Shown here: positions 1 to 7,739 of the stretch, one piece after another
Layout: each line of letters starts with the position of its first letter
Numbering within the stretch: position 1 is the stretch's first letter
IMG/VR virus record: IMGVR_UViG_2657245664_000013
Span: 1 to 28,520 of that record
DNA: 28,520 bases
Source of the DNA: a virus
Lineage: Duplodnaviria; Heunggongvirae; Uroviricota; Caudoviricetes
Direction: 5' to 3' (one strand)
Position numbers and translations under genes: made by a program
The notes under the pieces: generated by a model
The model's database searches: none
Seen by the model: only the letters and a program-made list of their open reading frames with translations
Told to the model about the DNA's origin: nothing

Positions 1-7
1 AAGAAAT

Positions 8-38
8 AGGGCTTCCACCTGGGAAGCCCTTTCTTTTT
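8..38. terminator. Intrinsic terminator hairpin downstream of pspG, probably bidirectional
   Basis: 9-bp stem AGGGCTTCC / GGAAGCCCT (8-16, 22-30) with loop ACCTG, followed on the plus strand by TTTCTTTTT (30-38). Lies just 3' of the pspG stop on the minus strand. Confidence 0.6.
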
Positions 39-165
39 ATAGTTCGGCTGTATGTAGGGTACAGCACGATGAATCTGTTAGAGGCGCAATAGTGACAGAT
101 TTGATTATCAATTCCTATTTTGTTCTAAGGATAAAACCTTAGGTTGTGATCATCCGCACAATCCC

Positions 166-408
166 TTAGTAACGCCAGCGGTCATAACGCTGATATTTCG
201 GCACTTTTGGTGCTTTAATCGCCTTAATAACCCACACCACCGCAATCGCCAGTAGTAACCACGGCAGCAACTTAATCATCAATGCCAGCATACCGCCGAG
301 GAACATAATGGCCGTCGCCACAACCAGCGCGGCGATAATGCCCAGCAACGAAACGCCGGTGACCATCAGCATGACAAAAAAGCCAATCACAAAAAGTAGT
401 TCCAGCAT
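166..408 (-). CDS. pspG: Phage shock protein G (80 aa small inner-membrane protein)
   Basis: C-terminal 80 aa of the 150-aa track ORF (MLELLFVIGFFVMLMVTG...KAPKVPKYQRYDRWRY) match E. coli PspG as recalled. ATG confirmed at 406-408. The longer 150-aa ORF is an upstream extension. Confidence 0.92.
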   Translation of the reverse strand: MLELLFVIGFFVMLMVTGVSLLGIIAALVVATAIMFLGGMLALMIKLLPWLLLAIAVVWVIKAIKAPKVPKYQRYDRWRY

Positions 409-442
409 GATGCTCTCCCAAATATGAAATCTCTTGCTGGCA

Positions 443-459
443 TTACAAGAATCATGCCA
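443..459 (-). promoter_or_regulatory. Putative sigma-54 (-24/-12) promoter of pspG
   Basis: Minus strand reads TGGCAT-GATTC-TTGTAA (GG-N10-TG architecture), about 35 nt upstream of the pspG ATG with SD-like GGGAGAG between. pspG is known to be sigma-54/PspF dependent. Confidence 0.45.
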
Positions 460-478
460 AAAATAATCTATTGATTTA

Positions 479-512
479 ACAGCAAAACGCCCCGCGACGG
501 TGCGCAGGGCGT
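479..512 (-). terminator. Intrinsic terminator downstream of dusA
   Basis: Minus-strand RNA would form CGCCCUGCG-caccgu-CGCGGGGCG (9-bp stem with one G-U pair) followed by UUUUGCUGUU. Located about 30 nt past the dusA stop. Confidence 0.5.
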
Positions 513-541
513 GGTGAATTTGACTACTTTTTGGTGAAAAG

Positions 542-1579
542 TTAACGCTTATCCGCCACCAGTTTGAGCGCGTGTTCCAGCACATTAATGTCTGCACCCG
601 CTTTATGGGCATTTTCACTTAAATAACGCCGCCACTGCCGCGCGCCAGGAATACCCTGGAACAAGCCCAACATATGCCGGGTAATATGGCCGAGATACGT
701 CCCCTGGCTGAGTTCACGCTCAATGTACGGATACATGGCGCGCACTACCGCCACCGGATCGGCATCGGTATCCGAGGAACCAAAGATCTCCCGGTCTACC
801 GCCGCCAGAATACCCGGATTCTGATACGCCTCGCGCCCGACCATCACGCCATCCATATGTTGCAGGTGTGCTTTGGCCTCTTCCAGCGACTTGATACCAC
901 CGTTAATCGACATTGTCAGATGCGGAAAGTCACGCTTCAGTTGATACACACGCGGATAATCGAGCGGCGGGATTTCACGGTTTTCTTTCGGGCTTAACCC
1001 CGAAAGCCAGGCTTTACGTGCGTGGATGATGAACATCTCACACTCGCCTTTGCCGGAAACGGTATTGATGAAATCGCAGAGAAATTCATAGCTGTCCTGG
1101 TCGTCGATGCCAATACGCGTTTTCACCGTCACCGGAATCGACACCACATCGCGCATCGCTTTCACGCAGTCGGCAACCAGCTGCGCATTACCCATCAGAC
1201 ACGCACCAAACATGCCGTTCTGCACCCGGTCAGACGGGCAGCCGACATTCAGGTTGATCTCATCATATCCGCGCGCTTCTGCCAGCTTTGCACACTGCGC
1301 CAGCGCCGCCGGATCGCTACCGCCCAGTTGCAACGCTACCGGATGTTCTTCTTCACTGTACGCCAGATAATCACCTTTACCGTGAATAATCGCCCCTGTG
1401 GTCACCATTTCGGTATACAGCAACGTATTGCGGGAAAGCAGACGCAAGAAATAGCGGCAATGTCTGTCCGTCCAGTCGAGCATAGGAGCAATGCTAAACC
1501 GAGAACTCCAGTAAGCGCCAGTTTTTTCAGGCATCACGCTGGTTTGATTAGTTTTCTGTGTTTCAGGATTATCGTGCAT
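542..1579 (-). CDS. dusA: tRNA-dihydrouridine synthase A
   Basis: 345-aa ORF with Dus-family TIM-barrel signature ([47 protein letters not shown]). ATG at 1577-1579. The true start may be the internal Met at 1534 (MPEKT). The 5' end abuts the prophage integrase region. Confidence 0.92.
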   Translation of the reverse strand: MHDNPETQKTNQTSVMPEKTGAYWSSRFSIAPMLDWTDRHCRYFLRLLSRNTLLYTEMVTTGAIIHGKGDYLAYSEEEHPVALQLGGSDPAALAQCAKLAEARGYDEINLNVGCPSDRVQNGMFGACLMGNAQLVADCVKAMRDVVSIPVTVKTRIGIDDQDSYEFLCDFINTVSGKGECEMFIIHARKAWLSGLSPKENREIPPLDYPRVYQLKRDFPHLTMSINGGIKSLEEAKAHLQHMDGVMVGREAYQNPGILAAVDREIFGSSDTDADPVAVVRAMYPYIERELSQGTYLGHITRHMLGLFQGIPGARQWRRYLSENAHKAGADINVLEHALKLVADKR

Positions 1580-1611
1580 TTTTGAACATTTCAGGCTATT
1601 TTTCTCGCGTT

Positions 1612-1647
1612 AGGTTCCCGCACAGGTTCCCACGTTTTCTGGGAACC
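1612..1647. promoter_or_regulatory. Three copies of a GGTTCCC motif (two direct, one inverted) in the dusA-int divergent intergenic region; candidate operator or recombinase-binding sites
   Basis: AGGTTCCC at 1612-1619 and 1624-1631; inverted copy TGGGAACC at 1640-1647, giving the palindrome GGTTCCCA-N7-TGGGAACC. Sits between the int RBS (ACGAGG, 1655-1660) and the dusA start. Confidence 0.5.
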
Positions 1648-1667
1648 CGAAATAACGAGGTCGTGTA

Positions 1668-2765
1668 ATGGCGTACTATAACATAGAGAAACGACTAAAA
1701 TCCGATGGCACACCACGCTATCGCTGTAATGTGATTATCAAAGAAAAAGGTGTTATCACTTACAGGGAAAGCAAAACATTCCCTAAACATGCTCATGCCA
1801 AAACATGGGGAACACAGAAAGTGATGGAATTAGATCTATATGGCATTCCATCATCAAATGCAGTTGACGGACTTACAGTCCGTGACTTACTACACAAATA
1901 TTTAAATGACCCAAATGCCGGAGGTAAAGCAGGCCGTACTAAAAGATATGTGCTGGAACTGCTTATGGATAGTGACATCTCCGCGATCAAACTATCTGAA
2001 CTGACAGAAAATGACGTAATTGAACATTGCAGGCTAAGAAACAACGCTGGTGCAGGTCCAGCAACAGTCAGCCACGATGTTAGTTATCTTGGCAGTGTTC
2101 TGGATGCGGCCAAACCTGTATACGGAATTAATTACACATCAAACCCGGCGAAAAGCGCTCGCCCATATCTACTTAAACTTGGTTTGATTGGTAAATCAAA
2201 CCGTCGTAATCGTAGACCAGCATCTGATGAACTGGACATGCTCATTGAAGGCCTTCAACAACGATCTACTCATAAATGCTCAAAAATTCCGTTCGTTGAT
2301 ATCCTCAAATTTTCTGTGTGGTCCTGTATGCGGATCGGAGAAGTATGCCGGTTACGATGGGAAGATCTCGACCAGGAACAAAAATCTATACTCGTAAGAG
2401 ACAGGAAAGATCCACGCAAAAAGGAAGGCAACCACATGAAAGTAGCCTTGCTTGGGGAAGCCTGGGATATCGTCCAACGACAGCCAAAAAAATCGGAATT
2501 CATTTTTCCATATAACAGCACTTCTGTTACTGCAGGATTTCAGAGGGTAAGAAGCAAATTAGGTATTAAAGATCTGCGATACCATGATTTGCGTAGAGAA
2601 GGAGCAAGTCGCTTATTTGAGGCTGGTTTTAGTATTGAGGAAGTCGCTCAGGTTACAGGGCATCGTTCATTAAACGTGCTATGGCAGGTATATACCGAAC
2701 TGTATCCGAAATCTTTACATAATCGTTTTGAAGAGCTCCAAAGGAGCAGAAATAAGACCTCTTGA
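1668..2765 (+). CDS. int: Tyrosine site-specific integrase (DusA-associated integrase family)
   Basis: 365-aa ORF with a C-terminal tyrosine-recombinase catalytic region (MRIGEVCRLRWEDLD ... HDLRREGASRL ... HRSLNVLWQVYTELY). Divergent from and adjacent to dusA, the known target of this integrase family. Confidence 0.92.
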   Translation: MAYYNIEKRLKSDGTPRYRCNVIIKEKGVITYRESKTFPKHAHAKTWGTQKVMELDLYGIPSSNAVDGLTVRDLLHKYLNDPNAGGKAGRTKRYVLELLMDSDISAIKLSELTENDVIEHCRLRNNAGAGPATVSHDVSYLGSVLDAAKPVYGINYTSNPAKSARPYLLKLGLIGKSNRRNRRPASDELDMLIEGLQQRSTHKCSKIPFVDILKFSVWSCMRIGEVCRLRWEDLDQEQKSILVRDRKDPRKKEGNHMKVALLGEAWDIVQRQPKKSEFIFPYNSTSVTAGFQRVRSKLGIKDLRYHDLRREGASRLFEAGFSIEEVAQVTGHRSLNVLWQVYTELYPKSLHNRFEELQRSRNKTS

Positions 2766-2813
2766 CACTGTTTATCCATACAGTTAAAAATAATACTGTA
2801 TACAAACACAGTA
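2762..2813 (+). promoter_or_regulatory. Sigma-70 promoter with two tandem LexA (SOS) boxes controlling the dinI-like gene
   Basis: Perfect -35 TTGACA (2762-2767), 17-nt spacer, -10-like TAAAAA (2785-2790). LexA box 1 CTGT-N8-ACAG at 2768-2783 (in the spacer); box 2 TACTGTATACAAACACAGTA at 2794-2813 (over the predicted start site). Confidence 0.7.
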
Positions 2814-2826
2814 TAGAGGGACTTTT

Positions 2827-3075
2827 ATGCGTATTGAGATCTGCATAGCCAAAGAAAAAATGACTAAAATGCCAAACGGTGCTGTGGATGCGTTAAAGGA
2901 AGAATTAACCCGACGCATCAGTAAACGTTATGACGATGTAGAGGTGATCGTAAAAGCCACCAGCAACGATGGGCTTTCTGTTACACGCACCGCAGATAAA
3001 GATTCTGCAAAAACATTTGTTCAGGAGACTCTGAAAGATACCTGGGAGTCTGCTGACGAGTGGTTTGTTCACTAA
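2827..3075 (+). CDS. dinI: DinI-family protein (SOS-inducible RecA modulator), prophage-encoded
   Basis: 82 aa. Shares the DinI signature with E. coli DinI as recalled (MRIE..IAK....P.GA.DAL..EL.RRI ... LSV ... QET..TWESAD.WFV). SD AGAGGG lies 6 nt upstream of the ATG. Confidence 0.88.
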   Translation: MRIEICIAKEKMTKMPNGAVDALKEELTRRISKRYDDVEVIVKATSNDGLSVTRTADKDSAKTFVQETLKDTWESADEWFVH

Positions 3076-3143
3076 TAAACACGTAAAATCGGTAACGGCT
3101 GAAAATCATTCAATACTCGCACTATCGAAAGTTCACCAGCCAA

Positions 3144-3187
3144 CCGCAGCACGTCCTGCATACGTCGTGTCTGCGGTTTTTCTTTTT
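3144..3187 (+). terminator. Intrinsic terminator after the dinI-like gene
   Basis: Inverted repeat CCGCAGCACG ... CGTGTCTGCGG followed by TTTTTCTTTTT. Lies between the dinI stop and the convergent tfa stop. Confidence 0.6.
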
Positions 3188-3190
3188 CGC

Positions 3191-3775
3191 TTACATTGTG
3201 TCTGGTTCTTCCGGCCACTCAATATCAGGTGCAGTTGATGTATCAACACGATTCAACAACACCCGATATGTCTTCCATGCCGCCAGTAACGATGTCTCTT
3301 CCTCCGTTGCGATTTCCAGATCTGCAGCATCCTGAAGCGGCGCAATATGCTCACTGGCTACCCGCATGAGGCTGTTTTTTGTTTCTTCCGCCTCCCGTAT
3401 CCGAAACAGTTTTTCTGCTTCTGCATCTTTCACCCAGGTTGTGCCGTTCCACTTCTGATATTCCCCATCCGGCGACAACCAGGTGACATTTTCTGGTAAC
3501 GGGCCGAGTTCAGAAATAAATAACGCGTCACCTGATGCCACGTCATAGACCGTTTTTCCCCTGTGGTCTTCAACGAGATGCCATGATGTATCCTTACTGT
3601 TAAAAACAGCCACGAAGCCAGCCGGAATATCTGGCGGTGCAATATCGGTACTATTTGCAGGCAGACCTGTATGAGGGGGAATGTATGCATCACCTTCACC
3701 AATAAATTCATTGGTTCCGGCCAGCAGATTATAAATTTTTATAGTCCGTGGTTGTACACTCATTCTGAATGCCAT
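3191..3775 (-). CDS. tfa: Tail fiber assembly protein (lambda Tfa-like)
   Basis: 194 aa, near-identical in pattern to lambda Tfa as recalled ([59 protein letters not shown]...). ATG at 3773-3775 overlaps the stf stop. Confidence 0.92.
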   Translation of the reverse strand: MAFRMSVQPRTIKIYNLLAGTNEFIGEGDAYIPPHTGLPANSTDIAPPDIPAGFVAVFNSKDTSWHLVEDHRGKTVYDVASGDALFISELGPLPENVTWLSPDGEYQKWNGTTWVKDAEAEKLFRIREAEETKNSLMRVASEHIAPLQDAADLEIATEEETSLLAAWKTYRVLLNRVDTSTAPDIEWPEEPDTM

Positions 3776-6700
3776 TATGCAAGCCTCACAATATAGTTAA
3801 ATGCGATGTTTTTGACGGTGTTTTCCGCGTTACCAGCAGCGTTTACGGTGATGGTGTGTCCATGTGAACCAATCGCAACGGAGTGTGTATGAGCGCCAAT
3901 ATCAACAGTATGTGCGTGTGCGCCTGCACTTGCAGCAGTACCTGACACCGTGTGGGTATGCGCTCCGGCTGACGATGTGCCAGTACTCGAGTCTGAACGA
4001 GACGCACCTTTGAGGGCTCGATCGCCCTGCTCGGTATTGCCATATGGGTAACAGGCAACCGTGTGTGTATGTGCCCCTGCAGAAGCAGCCGTACCACTGA
4101 CACTATGGGTGTGCGCTCCGGTGTTATTCGTGGACCTGGTACCATAATTAAACGAACTGGTAGTTTTCGTCCCCAAATCCGTACTGGATGCACTGGCACT
4201 GTGGGTATGCGATTTAATGCCGTCCTGTTCCTGAGACAATACGGCCCGACCACTGGCAGGTTTGCCCTTAATCGTCCAGCCACGCATATCAGGGATCACG
4301 CCTGACGGATAAGCCGCTGCAAGTTTCGGGTATGCAGATTTGTCAAAAGCCTGCCCCTGCATCAGGGCATAGCCAGACGGAACGGTATCTGATGGCCACG
4401 GGATTGGTGCGCCGACTGGGTAGCTTTCTGGTGGAAGATTTTTCGAGGTATAAACTTCTGCCCAGTCTTCCTCAAAACCATAACCGTCTCTTGAAGAACG
4501 GTAGAACAGACCACCATTTCTGTAATGCGCCTTCATCTGCAAGGTCCGGCAACTTCCGACTCCGGTATAGAAGTTAACCAGAATATAGCTGTCGCCAGAG
4601 CGGGTGACATTATAAGCGCCTGATTCGGCATTCCAGGGAACGCCACCATCCGCATCGGCATATGTATCCGTTGCCCTTCTGGCAAAAGCGGCCACATGCG
4701 CGGCGGTTAAAGTGATATCAGTAGAACCATCAAATGGAACACCGGATATTTTTCTTGCAGTCTGAAGTTTTGTAGCAGTTGCAGCATTACCAGTGGTGTT
4801 CTGATTACCCGTAGTGTTTACACCTGGAAGGTTAATATTTGCAGAACCGTCGAAAACAACTCCACCGATAGATCTTGCCGTCTGCAATTTCGTGGCTGTA
4901 CTTGCATTACCATTCAATGAACCAGTTAATCCACCTGTAACAGACAACGGACCTGAAACTGTTCCTCCGGTTGTTGGCAGTGCACCAATATCTGATGGTG
5001 TAGGTTTCTGATGTGAGCTATACATCGTATAAACAACACCATAGGTAACGCTGGAAGGCTTACTCGCTGAATATGTTGGCGAGGTATAAACAGAAACTGA
5101 CGCATTTGCAGTACAATCCCAATGGATATTTACACTCGTCGCATATTTGCCAATCTCAACGTAAATATCATATGTATCGCCGGATGTGTTGATCCAGGCG
5201 AAATTCGTTAATCCGACGGCTGTACGCTTCCACAAAGCCCCGGTAATTCCTTTGGGGTTTCCATTGCCTGCTCGTAGAACCAGTTCTGAAATGCCTGCCT
5301 GATGTGGGGAACCGACGTTGTAACCAGCGCCACCAATCAATGCGATGTAAACGATGGAACTCGCTTGTGGCATGGTAACCGTAGCCAGTTTGAACCACCC
5401 AGCCCCGTCAAAGAAAGACATCGTTACTGAATTTAAAGTACCAATATCTTTCGGCGTTAATGTTATATCCGCAGTCAGTGCTTTTCCGTTAACTTTTCGG
5501 TTAGATGGCACCCTGCTATTCGCATTGTCATTGGCTGCTTTAACTGCTTTTGGCGTTGCGGCCAGCGATTCACTGGTGCTATCAACAGCACTGCTAAGTT
5601 TCACAACACCTTTAGTTGTAAGGCTTGCGTCTTCCATCGCAACTGCACCGGCAATCTCTTCAGCACGATCAGCAGCAGCTTCCGCACGGGTCGCAGCGGA
5701 TTCAGCAGCAGTTTTGCTCTGAGATGCTGCCGTCGCACTGCCTGCCGCCTCTGTTGCTTTCGTGGATGCCGTCGTGGCGCTGCCCTTCGCTGCTGACGCC
5801 TGTCTGGTCGCCTCATCTTTTGAAGCAGACGCAGATGATGCCGATGACGCTGCCGAACTGGCGGACGATGCGGCTGCCGTTTTTGAGGATTCTGCACGGG
5901 TTTCCGACGCTTTCGCGTTCGTCTCGGATGTCTTCGCTGCGGAAGCAGACCTCGCTGCTGCACTGGCCTGTTCAGTGGCTTCGCCAGCCTTCGTTGTGGC
6001 TGTTGAAGCAGACGAGGCGGCACTTTCTGCCGACTTTCCGGCAGCGGTGGCACTGGCTGAGGCCTGCCCGGCACTTGTTGACGCGGCACTGGCAGATGAT
6101 GCTGCCGCTGTTTTTGAGCCTGCCGCAGCTGAGGCGCTCTGTCCCGCTGCCGTTTCAGAAGACCTGGCGTTCGTCTCTGACGTTTTTGCCGCCTTCGCGG
6201 AATTGCCTGCCGCCGTTGCCGAGGAGGCTGCACTGCTGGCGCTTGTGGAGGCGTTCGTTTCTGATGATTTTGCCGCCTCTTTGGAGGCAGCCGCATCTCT
6301 GGCTGAAGTGGCGGCTTCTGACGCTTTCGTCGTCGCAGTGGATGCAGAAGTGGCTGCTGATTGTTGTGACGCTGCCGCATTCGTTTCTGACGTTTTCGCG
6401 GCACCGGCACTGGTGGCCGCCGCGCTTTTTGAGGACTCTGCAGCGGCAGCACTTTTTGACGCTTCCGTGGCCTTTGTTGATGCCGTTCCTGCGCTGGAAG
6501 AAGCCTCCTGAGCCGACGTCGCGGCCTGTCCGGCTGACGTGCTGGCTGCACGTGCTGAATCTGCAGCATCAGTCGCATGGGTTGCCGCCTCACTGGCTGA
6601 TGTGCCGGCATCACTGGCTGACTTCTTCGCGGCTGCCGTGTTCTGTGCCACTGCGGACGCGTTACGCGCCACCTCTTCCACCATCAGTTCAAAACGGCGC

Positions 6701-7008
6701 AGTGCCTCCGGACGGGCATCATCCTCCGTCATGGCACCGAGAAAATCATTCAGCGTCCCCGGCTTTGAATCCTCATACACGGTGATGGTCCCGGCATGTG
6801 ACGGCGGGAATCCTTCCACCATCAGAATAACGCTGTACTGACCGTACTCAACGTCCATGCTGTAACGCCCGGCTTCATCCGGATTTTCTGAGGCCAGCGT
6901 GTTCACCACGACCGTGGTACTGTTACGTTTTGCCTTCAGCTGAATGGTGCAGTTCTGTACCGGTTTCCCTGTGCCGTCTTTCAGTACACCTGAAATCTTT
7001 ACTGCCAT
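3775..7008 (-). CDS. stf: Side tail fiber protein (lambda Stf-like N-terminus, long Ala/Ser/Thr-rich region, fibre-repeat central part, His-rich gp37-like C-terminus)
   Basis: N-terminus [26 protein letters not shown] matches lambda Stf. C-terminus carries repeated GAHTHxV motifs and ends [18 protein letters not shown]. The track start at 7014 is GTG; the ATG at 7006-7008 with upstream GGGGTGA is preferred. Confidence 0.9.
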   Translation of the reverse strand: MAVKISGVLKDGTGKPVQNCTIQLKAKRNSTTVVVNTLASENPDEAGRYSMDVEYGQYSVILMVEGFPPSHAGTITVYEDSKPGTLNDFLGAMTEDDARPEALRRFELMVEEVARNASAVAQNTAAAKKSASDAGTSASEAATHATDAADSARAASTSAGQAATSAQEASSSAGTASTKATEASKSAAAAESSKSAAATSAGAAKTSETNAAASQQSAATSASTATTKASEAATSARDAAASKEAAKSSETNASTSASSAASSATAAGNSAKAAKTSETNARSSETAAGQSASAAAGSKTAAASSASAASTSAGQASASATAAGKSAESAASSASTATTKAGEATEQASAAARSASAAKTSETNAKASETRAESSKTAAASSASSAASSASSASASKDEATRQASAAKGSATTASTKATEAAGSATAASQSKTAAESAATRAEAAADRAEEIAGAVAMEDASLTTKGVVKLSSAVDSTSESLAATPKAVKAANDNANSRVPSNRKVNGKALTADITLTPKDIGTLNSVTMSFFDGAGWFKLATVTMPQASSIVYIALIGGAGYNVGSPHQAGISELVLRAGNGNPKGITGALWKRTAVGLTNFAWINTSGDTYDIYVEIGKYATSVNIHWDCTANASVSVYTSPTYSASKPSSVTYGVVYTMYSSHQKPTPSDIGALPTTGGTVSGPLSVTGGLTGSLNGNASTATKLQTARSIGGVVFDGSANINLPGVNTTGNQNTTGNAATATKLQTARKISGVPFDGSTDITLTAAHVAAFARRATDTYADADGGVPWNAESGAYNVTRSGDSYILVNFYTGVGSCRTLQMKAHYRNGGLFYRSSRDGYGFEEDWAEVYTSKNLPPESYPVGAPIPWPSDTVPSGYALMQGQAFDKSAYPKLAAAYPSGVIPDMRGWTIKGKPASGRAVLSQEQDGIKSHTHSASASSTDLGTKTTSSFNYGTRSTNNTGAHTHSVSGTAASAGAHTHTVACYPYGNTEQGDRALKGASRSDSSTGTSSAGAHTHTVSGTAASAGAHAHTVDIGAHTHSVAIGSHGHTITVNAAGNAENTVKNIAFNYIVRLA
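5634..6654 (-). repeat. About 1 kb in-frame low-complexity coding repeat (A/S/T-rich, recurring AKTSETNA / SAATSAS units) inside stf
   Basis: Roughly 340 aa of degenerate tandem Ala-Ser-Thr units. The GC-rich repetitive codons generate long spurious ORFs in other frames and on the opposite strand. Confidence 0.75.
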
Positions 7009-7017
7009 ATTCACCCC

Positions 7018-7046
7018 ACAAAAAAGCCCGCCTGAACCGGCGGGCT
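7018..7046 (-). terminator. Intrinsic terminator downstream of lom
   Basis: Stem AGCCCGCC / GGCGGGCT with loop TGAACC (7025-7046). Minus-strand RNA has the stem followed by UUUUUUGUGGGG. Confidence 0.65.
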
Positions 7047-7072
7047 GTCATAACACTGTGTTACCTGGCTAA

Positions 7073-7672
7073 TCAGAATTTATAACCGACACCCACGATG
7101 AAACCGTCAGTGCGCCAGTCGCCACTGCCGGAACCTTCATAAGCGACATCAATGGCCACCGATTCGGTCGGGTTAAACTGCACGCCAGCTCCCCACGCCA
7201 GAGACGTGTTGCTGTGGCGACCGTCATCACTTCCGGTCAGCACATCGTGCGTTTTCCCCTTGCTGTCGGTCACCTGCAGATAATCCCCGGAGAAGGTCGA
7301 AACACGGCTGTAAGCCACCCCCGCCATCGCATACGCGCTGAACCATTCATTCACGCGCACAGACGGCCCCGCCATCACGCTGAACCAGCGGTTACGCACG
7401 GAATCTTCATGCCAGCGGGTATCGCTGTAATGCGTTTTTTGTTCATCTTCTGCGTCGGCATAACTGAAAGACGTAATCAGCCCCAGCGTGTCCGTAAATT
7501 CATAACGGTATTTCACGTTAATCCCGTTCAGATTATCGCTGCCGGGTGCGTTCGTACGGGCATGAAGATACCCTGCGCTCAGCGTGGCCTGCTGCTCAGA
7601 CGCCCATGCAGGCGCACCGGATACGGCCAGACAGATGGCTGCGGACAAAATGGCTGCACAAACTTTACGCAT
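7073..7672 (-). CDS. lom: Lom/Ail-family outer-membrane beta-barrel protein (moron)
   Basis: 199 aa with signal peptide MRKVCAAILSAAICLAVSGAPAWA and a beta-barrel ending in the aromatic motif VGVGYKF. Same position as lambda lom (between J and stf). Confidence 0.9.
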   Translation of the reverse strand: MRKVCAAILSAAICLAVSGAPAWASEQQATLSAGYLHARTNAPGSDNLNGINVKYRYEFTDTLGLITSFSYADAEDEQKTHYSDTRWHEDSVRNRWFSVMAGPSVRVNEWFSAYAMAGVAYSRVSTFSGDYLQVTDSKGKTHDVLTGSDDGRHSNTSLAWGAGVQFNPTESVAIDVAYEGSGSGDWRTDGFIVGVGYKF

Positions 7673-7690
7673 AATTACCTCTCGCTTTTC

Positions 7691-7720
7691 TGCAATAAAA
7701 AAGGCGCCATTTCTGGCGCC
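7691..7720 (-). terminator. Intrinsic terminator between J and lom
   Basis: Palindromic GGCGCC-ATTTCT-GGCGCC (7703-7720). On minus-strand RNA it is followed by UUUUUUAUUGCAG. Short stem, so moderate confidence. Confidence 0.5.
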
Positions 7721-7739
7721 CGTATCTGGGTTATAAAAT

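Noticed and set aside
166-618. 150-aa extended ORF upstream of pspG.
   Set aside because: Only the C-terminal 80 aa correspond to PspG. The upstream 70 codons cover the promoter region and have no coding-like features.
2766-3190. Search for an excisionase (xis) or other small regulator gene next to int.
   Set aside because: There is no ORF besides the dinI-like gene between int and tfa. The promoter and LexA boxes and the terminator account for the non-coding sequence. Any xis must lie outside this window.
4900-6700. Possible CRISPR array or other non-coding tandem repeat array in the repetitive segment.
   Set aside because: The repeats are degenerate, in-frame and translate to a continuous A/S/T-rich polypeptide within stf. 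There are no regular repeat-spacer units, no leader and no cas genes.
5601-6841. Long ORFs in alternate frames and antisense over the stf repeat region (337-aa Arg/Pro/Gln-rich minus-frame ORF, 386-aa and 249-aa plus-strand ORFs, 100-aa plus ORF).
   Set aside because: They lie entirely within the GC-rich Ala/Ser/Thr codon repeats of stf, have extreme low-complexity composition and no independent start signals. They are frame artefacts of repetitive GCN/TCN/ACN codons.
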